From the NCBI GenBank assembly GCA_050633305.1, contig JBOEGF010000050.1, positions 1 through 42,026 of the forward strand: DNA of 42,026 nucleotides, written 5' to 3'. The notes beneath the pieces were generated by a model, which did no database searches, had not been told where the DNA came from, and worked only from the letters and a program-made list of their open reading frames with translations. A program made the position numbers and the translations under genes. Source of the stretch: Nannocystales bacterium. GTDB taxonomy: Bacteria > Myxococcota_A > Polyangia > Nannocystales > Nannocystaceae. Shown here in pieces: positions 11,503 through 24,079 of the stretch (the stretch's first letter is position 1; each line of letters starts with the position of its first letter).

Positions 11503-12100
11503 TTAGAGTTTCCGACGGAGTTCCTCGATCTCGGAGCGCGCGGGGTGGGACACACCAAACAAAGCCGTGAACGCCACATCTGCCGCATCGCACGTCGTCC
11601 CAGCCCGAACGCCATCGCCCGCGTTGACGTGCACCCGACATCGTTCCAACACCGCTCGGGCAACGATATCCGCTCGGCCAACCCCCTCGGCCAGCACCAC
11701 CGATCGGTCCAGCAGCCGTAATGCCGCCTCTGGTTTGTCCTGCCAACTGCGAATCCTCGCGAGGTTCATGAAGACGTCCGTCAGATCGATGTCGACGTTT
11801 TCGGACGCCTCGAGGATCGCTTGGGCGCGTTGGAGGTCGGCTTCGGCGAGCGCGAAGTTGCGGAGGATCGCGTGCATCCCTCCCCGAGTCTTCAGTGCCC
11901 GAGCGACTCGGAGTCCCCCCTCGCCGTGCGCTCGCACCAGCACACGAACCGCGCGGTCGGCATGCGTAAGAGCCGTTTCGAGCTCCCCCGCCCCACTCGC
12001 CACGTGCATCAGGATCCTCAGCGGCTCGGCCAACTCCGGAGCGCTCACCGGGTGCTCGGAAGTTCGGCGTGCCTCATCCGCCCGGGTCACCCCGGCCCTC
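11503..12100 (-). pseudogene. 5'-truncated TPR region (kinase-TPR C-terminus type)
   Basis: TPR-like helices (AEADLQRAQAILE, LFGVSHP); upstream runs into the IS with no native start. Confidence 0.6.
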
Positions 12101-12214
12101 GCGGACACCCGACCCTCCACCTGGAGGCGAGGACCGAAGCCCTCGGCGCACGAACAACCAACACGAACGGACGAGCAAACGCTCGCCTTCCGCAGACTCC
12201 GGACTTTCCCCCGA

Positions 12215-13942
12215 TGCGCGAGTGGCCCGGTTTGCGCATCAGCAGCGCCGTGCAGTGGCCAGCTGTCATGCTCAGGCGCGCTACGTTCCCCGGACCCACC
12301 CAGGACAGCGACGCCCTCGCCCTGGTGCGCGAGCACTGGCCTGCATTCCGTGAGCGCCTCGAGGAGCGAGCCGGCTCGCTGCCTCGGTTTGTGCGGGACG
12401 AGCTCGAAGGGTTCATCACTTGCGGAGACTTCGAGCACGGCTTCTTGTTGGCGCAGTGCCGCCGCTGCGGCGACAGCCTGCGTGTCCCGTTTGCCTGCAA
12501 AAGCCGCGACATCTGCCCCTCGTGCATGGGCCGGCGCATGGCCGAGACCGCCGCGCTCCTGGTCGAGCATCGTCTGCCGGCGGTGCCGTGGCGGCAATGG
12601 GTGCTGAGCTTCGAGGGCCCGATGGCGGTCCGGCTGGGCTACAACCGGCGGCTGCTCGGGCGGTGTGTCAGTGGTTTGCCAAGCGGGTGATGCAGACGCT
12701 TCGGCAGCAGAGCAAACGGGAGCATCGCTTGCGCAGCAGCAGCAAGCTGCACCCCGGAGTGCTCATCGTGGTTCAACGTTTTCGCAGCGACCTGGGCTTG
12801 TTCGTGCATCTGCATGCGCTGGTCACCGACGGCTGCTTCGAGGCGCCGGCGGTGGCGGACGAGGCGGCGGTGTTCAGGCCGGCCGATGGCCTGTGCGAGC
12901 AGGACCTGTTGCGGACGCTGCAGCGCTTGCACGGCGACCTCGGTGAGCACCTCGACGACGCCGGCGATGGCGAACCTCTCGACGAAGCGCTCGTGGCCTG
13001 CGTCCAGCTCGGCTTGCCCCTGCGTGCTCTCGGACCGCCGCCCTGCGAGCCCCGGCCCGCCTCGCCGATGCTCGTCCGCGGCTTCGGCATGCAGCTGCAT
13101 GCCGCCGTCACCGTCGACGGCCGAGACCGCAAGCGCCTCGAGCGAGTGTGCCGTTATCTCCTCCGGCCGCCGTTTGCCTTCGACGCCGTGCAGCGGACCG
13201 CCGACGGACAGGTTCGGGTCCACTTCAAGAAGCCCAACCGCTTCGGGGCCACCTACGCCCAGATGACCCCGCACACCTTCCTCGCCCGGCTGTGTGCGCT
13301 CGTCCCCCCGCCCAGGGCCCACACGGTTCTGTACTACGGGGTCTTGTCGGCCCACCACACACTGCGTTCGGCGGTGGTGCCTCGCGCTGAGGAACCTGCG
13401 CTCCAGCCCAAGCAGCTCGCGCTGTTTGTCCCTCGCGGACACGTCGAGTTCCCGGGCACCACAACCTTGCTCGAGCCCCAGCTGCGTGATGCTGCTCCGT
13501 CTCGCCTGTCCTGGATGACGCTTCTCGCCCGCGTCTTTCGCTTCGACATCTCCGCGTGCGCTCGCTGTCGCGGGCCCATACGGGTCACTCGCTTCGTCAC
13601 CACCCCCGAGGACATCGCCGCCGAACTTCACGGTGCTCCGCCACCCCCGTGTCCGCCTGCGCCCGGACAACTCCTGCTCTTCTCGGCTCTGCCCTCAACG
13701 CGCTTGGCTCTGCTCCTGGATGCGCGCCCCTTCGCCCCGCGCTCGTACCGGCGTGCCTGCAGTTTGGCCCCGCTCGCTCCCCGCTCCCCTTCGGGCCCGC
13801 TTTCCCCCCCGACGCCTCCGCTCTCCCAGGCTCACCCCCAATCCACACCCGGCCCCAGCCCCGCTCCGCAGCGACCGCCCTCGCCGCCGGCCAAACCTAC
13901 TCCTCCAATCCTGCTTCTTCCCTGTTCATTTCGCTTAAACGC
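12215..13942 (+). mobile_element. IS91/ISCR-family rolling-circle element (copy 1); left end undefined, right end is putative oriIS
   Basis: Transposase plus ~245 bp pyrimidine-rich 3' region ending TTCATTTCGCTTAAACGC; right boundary defined by six other copies. Confidence 0.9.
12222..13697 (+). pseudogene. IS91-family Y2 HUH transposase with two compensating frameshifts and a lost stop codon
   Basis: Zn-binding CRRC...CKSRDICPSC, HUH motif HLHALVTDG, RLERVCRYLLRPP, YYGVLS; +1 near 12296 (vs 5248 copy), -1 near 12663 (vs 24080 relic); TCA at 13695 where copies 3, 5 and 7 have TGA. Confidence 0.9.
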
Positions 13943-15530
13943 GCGCACCAGCGTCTTTGCCCTGTCGATCTGCCTCCTCCTGTGCGGATGCCGTGACGAA
14001 CCCAGCGACGAGACCGCCGAGGACGAAGCCGGCCTCGATCTCAGCATCCTCGACGCGCCGCCCGACCCACGTTGGCTCGACGCGCCCGCGGACGTTGTGG
14101 CCGGCGGCGTCGAGTTCATCGACCCGGATGGTGCGCTCGAAGGTCTCGAACTGAGCATCACCTCTCGGCCCGTCGAGGGCCTCGTCGGGGGCGTCGCGGG
14201 CTGGTCGATCGAGCCCTCTGGCGAGCTCGACGACATCATCTACGCCCGCTTTCCCCTACCCGACGCTCGGAACCCCGGCGAACCCCTCGTCTTGTGGACG
14301 CAGGCCGACGACGGCTGGTGGACGCAGTCCGTCGGCATCGTTTCCGATGATGGCCAGTCGGCCGTCGCCGCGAGGATCCACTTCTCCGACCAAGCGCTCG
14401 TCAGCCGAGACGCCGCCCGCGAGGCGTTCGTCTCCGGCACCTATTGCAACGGTGAGCAAGCCACCGGCGACGTCTTCAAGGACAATGAGAAGAACCGGAG
14501 TGACCTCAGCGAGTCCGCAATCAACATGCCCATCGCACCTCCAGACGACCGGCCGACGCATGCGTCGATGACCGAGGATCTCACCAACATCTCGCTGACC
14601 CCTGCGGCCGAGTGGGTCGTCTTCAAGAACGAGGAGCGTGCCGGGCCCAGCGAGGCGTGCTGCTGGGAGGGCAACGCATGCTCCTACTCCGGAGAGGCCG
14701 GCTATGAGGACGAAGACTACTTCGGTGATCCTGCGATCGCCGAGCCGCTTCGCCGCCTGGGTGAGCGCGTCCGACCCCTCAGTTGCGGCTCGCTGAAGTT
14801 GGGGGTCTCGGAGATGTTCGACACCGGAACCGCGAAGCGACCCGGCGGTGAGCACTCCGCCAACTCCCTCCACTACGAGGGCCGCGCCATCGACCTCTTC
14901 CTGCTTACAACCGACCCCACCTCCTGGTCGACCCAGTGCGGAGACGATGACCTACGCCGGGGCCGATACGCGCTTGGCCTCAGCCGCCTCGCGCAACTCA
15001 CCGCCGAATCCCGCGACGACCCGACCGCCGACTCTGGATTTGGCTTCGTGAAGTACGAGGTCTTCTCCAAAAACCGCGCCAACAACCACATCCACGCCAG
15101 CGTCCCCAAGACCCACGTCGAGCCTCTCCCCCCCAACACCTTCGAGGCCAGCGTCGAGCTCCGCGGCGAGTCGCTCTCCATGTCTTCCACCGACATGATT
15201 CGAGGCGAGCGCCCCGACGGGACCATGACCCTCACCAGCACCGACTTCGTCGACGACGCCTGGCTCACCGTCACCCTCGTCCTGCCCAACCCCGAAGCCA
15301 ACAGCGTCTTCGAGCTCAGCGGTATGGAGGCCCCCACCCTCGAGGTCGCGCGCGGCGGCGAGACCTCCTACGCCGCGAGCGGAACGCTGGTGTTCGCCCA
15401 GGTCCTGCCGTTTGCCAACAAGAACTACCTCACCACCACCGACGGCACGTTCAACGCCGAGCTCGAGGACGGTGCGGGAAGCGTGACCGGCCGCTTCAGC
15501 GTGGACGACTTGGTCTTCTGGGACCTGTAG
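13943..15530 (+). CDS. Hedgehog-N (Hh/DD-peptidase) domain lipoprotein lacking its own start, fused in frame to the transposase
   Basis: LLCGC lipobox; VFKNEE, LKLGVSEMFD, HSANSLHYEGRAIDL, GFGFVKYE and HIHASV parallel Shh IFKDEE, VKLRVTEGWD, HSEESLHYEGRAVDI, GFDWVYYE and HIHCSV. Confidence 0.85.
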
Positions 15531-15542
15531 CGGTCCTACCGC

Positions 15543-16166
15543 TCAACGCGTCTCGCGGTACTCGGTGCAGGTCCCGGCTTCTTGCGCCTGCTTCATCAGC
15601 GGGCCGAGTCGTTCTGCCCAACGATCGGGATCGGCGACGTAGGCCGCCGTCTTGCCGTCACCCGAGACGCTGATCGTGTAGTCGAGCCAGCGGTCTTGCG
15701 CCGCCGCATCTTCGAGGGAGCGGCCCGGCGGCGGCTGGCCGAGCGTGGCGGCGTCTTCCACCTGCCGCAAGAACCGCTCTGCATCCTTGGCCGGCAACCG
15801 CCCCACGCAATCCGAGCCTTGAACCTCCGAACCGCCCGTCGATCCCTCGGCGTTGATCAGGAACCCGCCGTCCGTCGCGATCTCGTACGTCGTCCAGAAG
15901 CCCTCATCGGCCGCAAGGTCTTGCGCCGCGATCGTGAGCCTCGGCCAACCCAGGTCCGGTGTTGGTCGGCGAGCAGGAGTCGGCTCAGCTGGCGACGCGG
16001 ACGAAGACAGCTCAGTCGAACTGCGAGCGGGCTCGCTTGGACCCGCCACAGCCGGGCGACTCGGTGCCTCGGCGAACTGCGGCTCCGACCGCGCCGCGCA
16101 GGCGACGAGCAGGGCGGCCGTGAATCCGAGTGCCCAACGCCAGCGCGAATGGACAAGCGGAGTCAC
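15543..16166 (-). CDS. Lipoprotein
   Basis: LVAC lipobox. Confidence 0.65.
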   Translation of the reverse strand: MTPLVHSRWRWALGFTAALLVACAARSEPQFAEAPSRPAVAGPSEPARSSTELSSSASPAEPTPARRPTPDLGWPRLTIAAQDLAADEGFWTTYEIATDGGFLINAEGSTGGSEVQGSDCVGRLPAKDAERFLRQVEDAATLGQPPPGRSLEDAAAQDRWLDYTISVSGDGKTAAYVADPDRWAERLGPLMKQAQEAGTCTEYRETR

Positions 16167-16170
16167 GACC

Positions 16171-17271
16171 TTAGCGTACTCGACCGTCTGTCAGAGGTCT
16201 CAAACAGCCCCTCCCGGGATTGCCACGGCCGGTCTCAACCGGCTCCTCGGGAATACGCCACTGCTGGGCACCCTTGACCGCTTGGGCGAACCAGACCGCG
16301 GGGACCACGACGACGGTCCCGCAGCTTTTGACGCGGTGCGAGACGTCGCACCCGTCGGTGCACTCCGTGTGTCGGTAACAGCCATCCTTGACCTCGACGG
16401 GATAGCGGGTCTGCCGATCTCCTTTCACGATGCCAACGAGAGTGTCACCCGCCCTTGAGAAAATGGGGGCGCCGCTCGAGTGGTTGAAGACCGTCGCCTT
16501 AAACCGCATGCGATCGTCGTCGTCCGGGTGTTCGCAAAGTTCGCCGAGTCCGTGCTTCAGAGGAAGACCAAGCGGGTGGTGTGAGATCTGATACTCATGG
16601 CCTGGCTTGAACTTTCTGGATGGGACGAGTTTTCCCCGGTACGGATGAGCATCCTCCGGCGGAGGGGTCTTCAGCACGACCCAGTCCGCTGCGCCGGCCC
16701 CAACCGCGTAGACGTAGAGTGGCCGCACCTGCACGTCCTCGGCGGTCGGTGGGCGCCCAGACTGCATCTGGTAGCCGAGTACCACCGATGCGTCCGTTTG
16801 GTGTCCTCTCTCGCACGACGCCTGGTCACATTCCTGTATGCAGTGCCGCGCAGTTACGACAACGCCGTCCGGGAGGAGGACGCCCCCGCAAAATGACACC
16901 GCGGGCTGTTCGGCAAGCTGACGCAGCACATCGCCTTCGCAGATCTTCTTGTCGCCCAGGCGATCCTGCAGAGTAGGCCATGGGTCGTCTTCGTTCGTGG
17001 GCGGAACCACTCGTATGGAGACGGTCGCGTACAGCGGATCAGGTTCCATCAGCGGCAACTGGTCGAACGAAATTCCCGAGGCCTCCGCCCGATGGAATGT
17101 GATCAGCTCGGGGTCGTCTGGTGGAGGTGCTCTTCTCGGTGGGTCCGGGCAGGCGGGTGGGGTTGACCCGGTCCTCCGCAGGGCCCGGCGAGCGTTACGG
17201 GCTTGCCCAGCCGCCGGTGAACATCCGAAAACACAGATCAACCCGGCGAGTGCTAAGGGCCCTGTACGCAT
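16171..17271 (-). CDS. Trypsin-like serine protease lipoprotein
   Basis: VFGC lipobox; FCGGVLL..VVVTARHC, ADWVVL and HSSGAPIF triad motifs. Confidence 0.8.
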   Translation of the reverse strand: MRTGPLALAGLICVFGCSPAAGQARNARRALRRTGSTPPACPDPPRRAPPPDDPELITFHRAEASGISFDQLPLMEPDPLYATVSIRVVPPTNEDDPWPTLQDRLGDKKICEGDVLRQLAEQPAVSFCGGVLLPDGVVVTARHCIQECDQASCERGHQTDASVVLGYQMQSGRPPTAEDVQVRPLYVYAVGAGAADWVVLKTPPPEDAHPYRGKLVPSRKFKPGHEYQISHHPLGLPLKHGLGELCEHPDDDDRMRFKATVFNHSSGAPIFSRAGDTLVGIVKGDRQTRYPVEVKDGCYRHTECTDGCDVSHRVKSCGTVVVVPAVWFAQAVKGAQQWRIPEEPVETGRGNPGRGCLRPLTDGRVR

Positions 17272-17690
17272 GGCTCCGTGCAGGGAGTAAGGTCGCCCAC
17301 AGCCGCCCGCCTCGTCACCTTCACCCGTAGCGTCCACCCGGGAAATTCCCCGGTCGTGTCGATGTAGTGGTCGTGAGACTCGTCGTTGGTCTCCGGGATC
17401 TTGTAGCCCAAGACCAAGTCCTCGACGTTGTGGCCTGGGTACGGGTCCTTGATCTTGACGTAGACCTTTAGCTTCGCGCCGGGGTCGTTGATTTCGATGA
17501 CGAGGCAAGACACCGTCCCTGCGGCACTGGAAGAATGCACCAGCCGATCCGTGGCTCCGCTCGCGCGCTTCACCTGAAGCTTGACGAAGATATTGTCTCC
17601 CCCGGTTGGGGCGTTGAGCACTTTCGGGACGCAGTCATCAGGCAGGTTGGTCCCATAGTGAAATCCGACTTTTCCGATCTGTGTAGACAT
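17253..17690 (-). CDS. Hypothetical protein
   Basis: AGGAG RBS; lies between the sigma factor and protease genes. Confidence 0.6.
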   Translation of the reverse strand: MSTQIGKVGFHYGTNLPDDCVPKVLNAPTGGDNIFVKLQVKRASGATDRLVHSSSAAGTVSCLVIEINDPGAKLKVYVKIKDPYPGHNVEDLVLGYKIPETNDESHDHYIDTTGEFPGWTLRVKVTRRAAVGDLTPCTEPCVQGP

Positions 17691-17732
17691 TCGTTTCTCC
17701 TGACTTCGTAGTGACCCTGCCGGCCGAAACCG

Positions 17733-18344
17733 TCAGCGTAATTCGACGCGAATTTTCTCCGCCCACCCATCGAGGTCTCCTGCGGTGCTTTCCACGACCC
17801 CCGGCTCGTCGGCGACTTCCACGATCGCAGCCTTGAGCCGTGCCTTCCCGCTCCGGATGCGGCTGCGAGCGGTGTCCTCGGGGATTTCCATGACCTCACC
17901 GATCTGGCCGGCCGTCAGCTTCTCCCAGTAGTACAGCTCCAGGATGACCTGGTCCTTCATGGGGATTCTCCTCAGCGCCCTCAGCAGCACCTGCTGCTCG
18001 CGTTTCGCCTGAAGAATGGTCGAAGGCCCCGCGCCGAGGTCCTCGATCGAGAACGCGCCGAGGTCCTCGTTTCGGCGATCTTTCACCTTCGCGCGATAAT
18101 GCTCGCGCAACAGGTTGTGGGCGATCGCGAAGAGGAATGTCCGAAAACTCGAGCGACCCTCAAAACGCTCGGCAGCGTCTAGACAGCGCACAAACGTGTT
18201 TTGGACCAGTTCTGCGACGTCGCCGTCCGTCTTGTTGACGAAGAATCTACCGACCGGTTCGAAGTGCCGCTGGAAGAGTTCGTCGCCGGCCCGCCGATCT
18301 CCTGTTTTCCACGATTCGAGGAGCTCCTCGTCGCTGTTGACCAC
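17733..18344 (-). CDS. ECF RNA polymerase sigma factor (myxobacterial type)
   Basis: DEELL..W..GD..AGDELF, RFEGRSSFRTFLFAIAHN, LELYYWE, TARSRIR. Confidence 0.9.
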   Translation of the reverse strand: MVNSDEELLESWKTGDRRAGDELFQRHFEPVGRFFVNKTDGDVAELVQNTFVRCLDAAERFEGRSSFRTFLFAIAHNLLREHYRAKVKDRRNEDLGAFSIEDLGAGPSTILQAKREQQVLLRALRRIPMKDQVILELYYWEKLTAGQIGEVMEIPEDTARSRIRSGKARLKAAIVEVADEPGVVESTAGDLDGWAEKIRVELR

Positions 18345-18352
18345 CACGTCGC

Positions 18353-21118
18353 GTGGCACTATGCCATGCGGCTGGCCAGCTTGCGCGGAAAACCGCGGCC
18401 TGGGATGACGGTTTGAACGATCCGGAACACCAACCCATTGCGGTGAAACAGGACAGCACGCGTTCGGACTCTGGCTTGTCGCCGGAGGCTCCGCCACAGG
18501 ACGTCGGCTCCGAAGCGATGAAGGCTGCGATCGCCAGCGATCTGTTCGGAGACATTGCCGCGCCTCTTCGCGTGGGCCGATACGACGTCCGCGAGGTGCT
18601 TGGTCAGGGCGGCATGGGAGTCGTCTACTCGGCCTGGGATGAATCGCTCGGACGAGCGGTTGCGCTCAAACTCCTCTCGGCCACATCCGGCACTTCCGAC
18701 CGGCGTCGCGCACGAATGATGCGGGAGGCTCAAGCGCTCGCGAAGCTGTCGCACCCCAACGTGGTGCAGATCTACGAGGTCGGCACCCACGACGATGACG
18801 TGTTCGTTGCGATGGAACTCGTCGATGGGCTGACACTGCGGGAGTGGGCGCGGCAGTCCGACCGCTCGACGCGGGAGATTGAAGGCGTGTTCACGCAGGC
18901 CGCAAGTGGCCTCAGTGCGGCGCACCAGCGCGACTTGGTTCACCGCGACTTCAAACCCAGCAACGTGATCGTGGGCTCGGACGGGCGGGTTCGCGTTGTC
19001 GATTTTGGCCTGGCGTACGGCCCGGGGCTCGGGACCGAGTCGGCAGAGCCCAGCGGTACGTCGAGCACCTCTGCCAAGCTCACCCACACGGGCGCGGTCC
19101 TGGGAACTCCCGCATACATGGCACCGGAACAGTTCCGGGGCGAGGTGGCGGACGCACGCGCTGACCAATTCTCCTTTTGCGTTTCGCTGTTCGAGGCGCT
19201 GACCGGGGGTCGGCCCTATCGATACGCGGACCTGCGCGACGACCCCGCGGCCGCGAAGGTCGACGGCTGGGCCTCGGTCCCGCGGATGTGGCGGAGTGCG
19301 CTTCGCCGCGGCCTGAGCATCGGCCCGGCCGAGCGATGGCCAACGGTCGATGCGCTGGTCGACGCGATGAACCGCGGACGAGCTCGCTGGCGACGGGGGC
19401 CCTGGCTCGCCGCTGGAGGAGTCGGGCTCGTGCTCTGGGCGCCCTGGTCGGGTGGGCCGAGCGATCCGTGCGAGGCCGTTCCGGTGGCGCCCGCCGGCTG
19501 GAACGAGGAGCGAGCGAGCAGCCTCGCCGCGTCGTTTACCGCCACCGGAGCACCGTTCGCGGCGGACGTGTGGGCCACGGCGCGCAGCAACATCGAGTCT
19601 TTCGCTGCTGAGTGGACCGAGACGCGAAATGAGGTCTGCCGCGTCCAGCCCTCCGCGGACACGCTTGCGTGCCTTGACCGGGCACAGACCGTTCTCTCCG
19701 CCGTGCTGGCCGAGTACCAGCAAGTCAACGCTACGACGGTTGGCAGCATCCATCCGCTCTCCGCACTGCTTGAGTCACCCGCGTCGTGTTTGGATCCCGA
19801 GAAGGGAGCCTTCTCCTCGGAGGTCAACCCCGATCAGCTTGCCCTCCTCGCTCGCGCAAGGGCGGAACTCGCTGCGACCAGGCCCGACGCTGCCCTTGCA
19901 ACGCTCGATCGCCTCGCCGAGGACCCCGATCTGAAAGACACAGACGCGATCGCGGAGGTGTTCCGCCTCCGAAGCCAGGGACACGCGACCCGGGCCGACA
20001 CCGATGCAGCGCTTGCCGACCTGGCCCGCAGTCTCCAGGAGGCGAGCAGCCCCGTAGTCCGGTCGCGTAGTCTCGTCGCGTGGGTTCGCCTGCTCGCCGA
20101 CCAAGAGCGGACGGAGTCCGCCGTCGATGGGCTCAGGCTGCTGGAGCCCGCAGTCTCGGCTGAGAGCCCGGCAAGCCTTCGTGCCGACGTTCTCGAGCTT
20201 CGAGCGCGGCTTCATGCTTCGACGCTAAACCAAACGATGACTCTCCTGGAGGATGCGCTTCGACTCCGCATTTCGGCCGGCGACGAGCGACGAGCGACGC
20301 AGACTCGGTTGGCCATCGCGAACGGACTCTCCCAAGCCGAGGATCCGGATTCCATTGCTCGGGGGGAGGCATTGCTCCGAGATGTCATGGCTGAGCGGCG
20401 GCTCTCCCTTGGCGACCAACACCCCGAATACGCCGTCTCGCTCTCCAACCTCGGTGCGTACGTCGCGGACGTTCGCCTCGACTGGGACGAGGCCCAACAA
20501 CTCCTGGCGCAGGCCGATCGAATCGCGGGTCGCTCCCTCGGCACCGACGCCCCTGCCCGCGCGCGCACGCGCCTCAAGCTCGGCGAGGTTCTGATTCGCC
20601 TCGGCCGTCTGGACGAGGCGGAAACCATGCTCGACTCCGCCTGGGCACGCCTGCAGTCCCTGCCCGAGACCCACACCGATCACATTGCGGGCCGTACCCT
20701 CCTCGCGTCGTTCACCCTCAACCGGGGGGACTTCGCGACGTCGCTCGAGCACCACCGGGTCCTCGAAACGCTGGCCCCCGACGACGTCTTCATCCAGCAG
20801 AACATCGCCTACCTCAGCGGCCAGCTGGGGAACGCGACGGATGCGGAGACCGCGGTAGCGCGGGCGCGCGCCCTGGCCACCGTGTCACCCGACCTTGACC
20901 CGCCGACACGCGCGCTGCTGGAACTCTACTTCCGGACCATCGACGCACAGGTGGCGCGACTGCGAGACCAGAGCGACGCGGCCCGCACGATCCTCAAGGA
21001 GATCGAAGCCGCCGCGGCAGCATACGAGGTCCCCGATGACCGGCCTGACCTCGCCGCGCAACTCGAGCTGCTTCAGCCGGAGATCGAGACCGTTCGGGAT
21101 GAACTGTCCGCCCCCTAG
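18353..21118 (+). CDS. Ser/Thr protein kinase with TM segment and TPR repeats (true start may be later, e.g. 18518)
   Basis: GQGGMGVVY, VALK, HRDFKPSN, DFGLA, GTPAYMAPE. Confidence 0.9.
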   Translation: MALCHAAGQLARKTAAWDDGLNDPEHQPIAVKQDSTRSDSGLSPEAPPQDVGSEAMKAAIASDLFGDIAAPLRVGRYDVREVLGQGGMGVVYSAWDESLGRAVALKLLSATSGTSDRRRARMMREAQALAKLSHPNVVQIYEVGTHDDDVFVAMELVDGLTLREWARQSDRSTREIEGVFTQAASGLSAAHQRDLVHRDFKPSNVIVGSDGRVRVVDFGLAYGPGLGTESAEPSGTSSTSAKLTHTGAVLGTPAYMAPEQFRGEVADARADQFSFCVSLFEALTGGRPYRYADLRDDPAAAKVDGWASVPRMWRSALRRGLSIGPAERWPTVDALVDAMNRGRARWRRGPWLAAGGVGLVLWAPWSGGPSDPCEAVPVAPAGWNEERASSLAASFTATGAPFAADVWATARSNIESFAAEWTETRNEVCRVQPSADTLACLDRAQTVLSAVLAEYQQVNATTVGSIHPLSALLESPASCLDPEKGAFSSEVNPDQLALLARARAELAATRPDAALATLDRLAEDPDLKDTDAIAEVFRLRSQGHATRADTDAALADLARSLQEASSPVVRSRSLVAWVRLLADQERTESAVDGLRLLEPAVSAESPASLRADVLELRARLHASTLNQTMTLLEDALRLRISAGDERRATQTRLAIANGLSQAEDPDSIARGEALLRDVMAERRLSLGDQHPEYAVSLSNLGAYVADVRLDWDEAQQLLAQADRIAGRSLGTDAPARARTRLKLGEVLIRLGRLDEAETMLDSAWARLQSLPETHTDHIAGRTLLASFTLNRGDFATSLEHHRVLETLAPDDVFIQQNIAYLSGQLGNATDAETAVARARALATVSPDLDPPTRALLELYFRTIDAQVARLRDQSDAARTILKEIEAAAAAYEVPDDRPDLAAQLELLQPEIETVRDELSAP

Positions 21119-21985
21119 ACCGCGTCGAGTTCGTACGCACAGACCGCGGCGACGCCCGGGACGCAGAACCCGCCCTCGCAGGTGAGGCCGGCAGAGCATG
21201 TCACGCCGCAGGGGTCTCCGGCGACGGCGCCTGCTTGGCACACGCCGTTGGCGCAGGCGCTTCCGGGGGCGCAGGTGCGGCCGTCTTGGGACGCAATGGC
21301 GGTGCAGGCCTGGCCGGCTTCGGGCAGCGCTGTGCACGAGCCGGCGATGCTGCAATAGGGCCCGGGGCCGCAGTCGCCGCTGAGGCTGCACGAGAAGCTG
21401 GTCGCGGGCTGGGCCCGACACCGCAGGCGGTCGTCGGGATCCTCGGTGGACGCGAGGCACCGGAACGCCTGCTGGCAGTCGGCGTCGGCTTCGCACGCGT
21501 CTTCGAATCCGCCGGCACCTGCCGCCACGCACACGCCGGCCTCGCAAAAGCTGTCGAGTCCGCAGCTGTCCCCGAGGCCACCGTCCAAGCGCTCGCACGC
21601 ATCGCCGACGCTGGCCGTACCGCGGAACAACCGGCACTCGCGGAGTTGCTCGGAGGCGGCGAACAGCGGTCCACTGAGGGCGGCCTCGTCTTCGGTCTCG
21701 CACGCATACTCGGCGAGCGCGGTGGCGACCCGGTCGGTGCAGTCGCCGTTGAAGCTCAGGCCGACGTCGTCGAGCGCTCGGTCGACGAGTTGGGCCTCGA
21801 TGCCTTCGACACACGCGGCTTCGTCATCGTAGTCGTCAGTGAAGGCGTTTCGGCAGCCACACGCGAACGCCCCCGCGCACGCGGCCTCGGCCAGATGGCC
21901 GCTTGGTCGCGCACGGTGACGGCCTCGGGACCGCTCTTGCATGCGGGGACGAGCAGGACGAGGAGTGCGAGGGCGATCTGTCGCA

Positions 21986-21986
<1 letters not shown>
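21115..21986 (-). pseudogene. Cys-rich lipoprotein with one frameshift near 21895
   Basis: MRQIALALLVLLVPAC start overlaps the gyrB stop (TAATG); the Cys-rich body is in another frame. Confidence 0.7.
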
Positions 21987-24047
<2,061 letters not shown>

Positions 24048-24079
24048 GGGCGCGAGCCGTCGGTTGGATCCGGGGCAGG

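Noticed and set aside
12114..12127. CCTCCA-CC-TGGAGG hairpin as terIS
   Set aside because: Only a 6-bp stem, and not shared with the 5248 fragment; the left end cannot be defined
12420..12660. N-terminus of the 1036-aa ORF as real protein
   Set aside because: It is out of frame with the Zn-binding domain, an artefact of the frameshift near 12663
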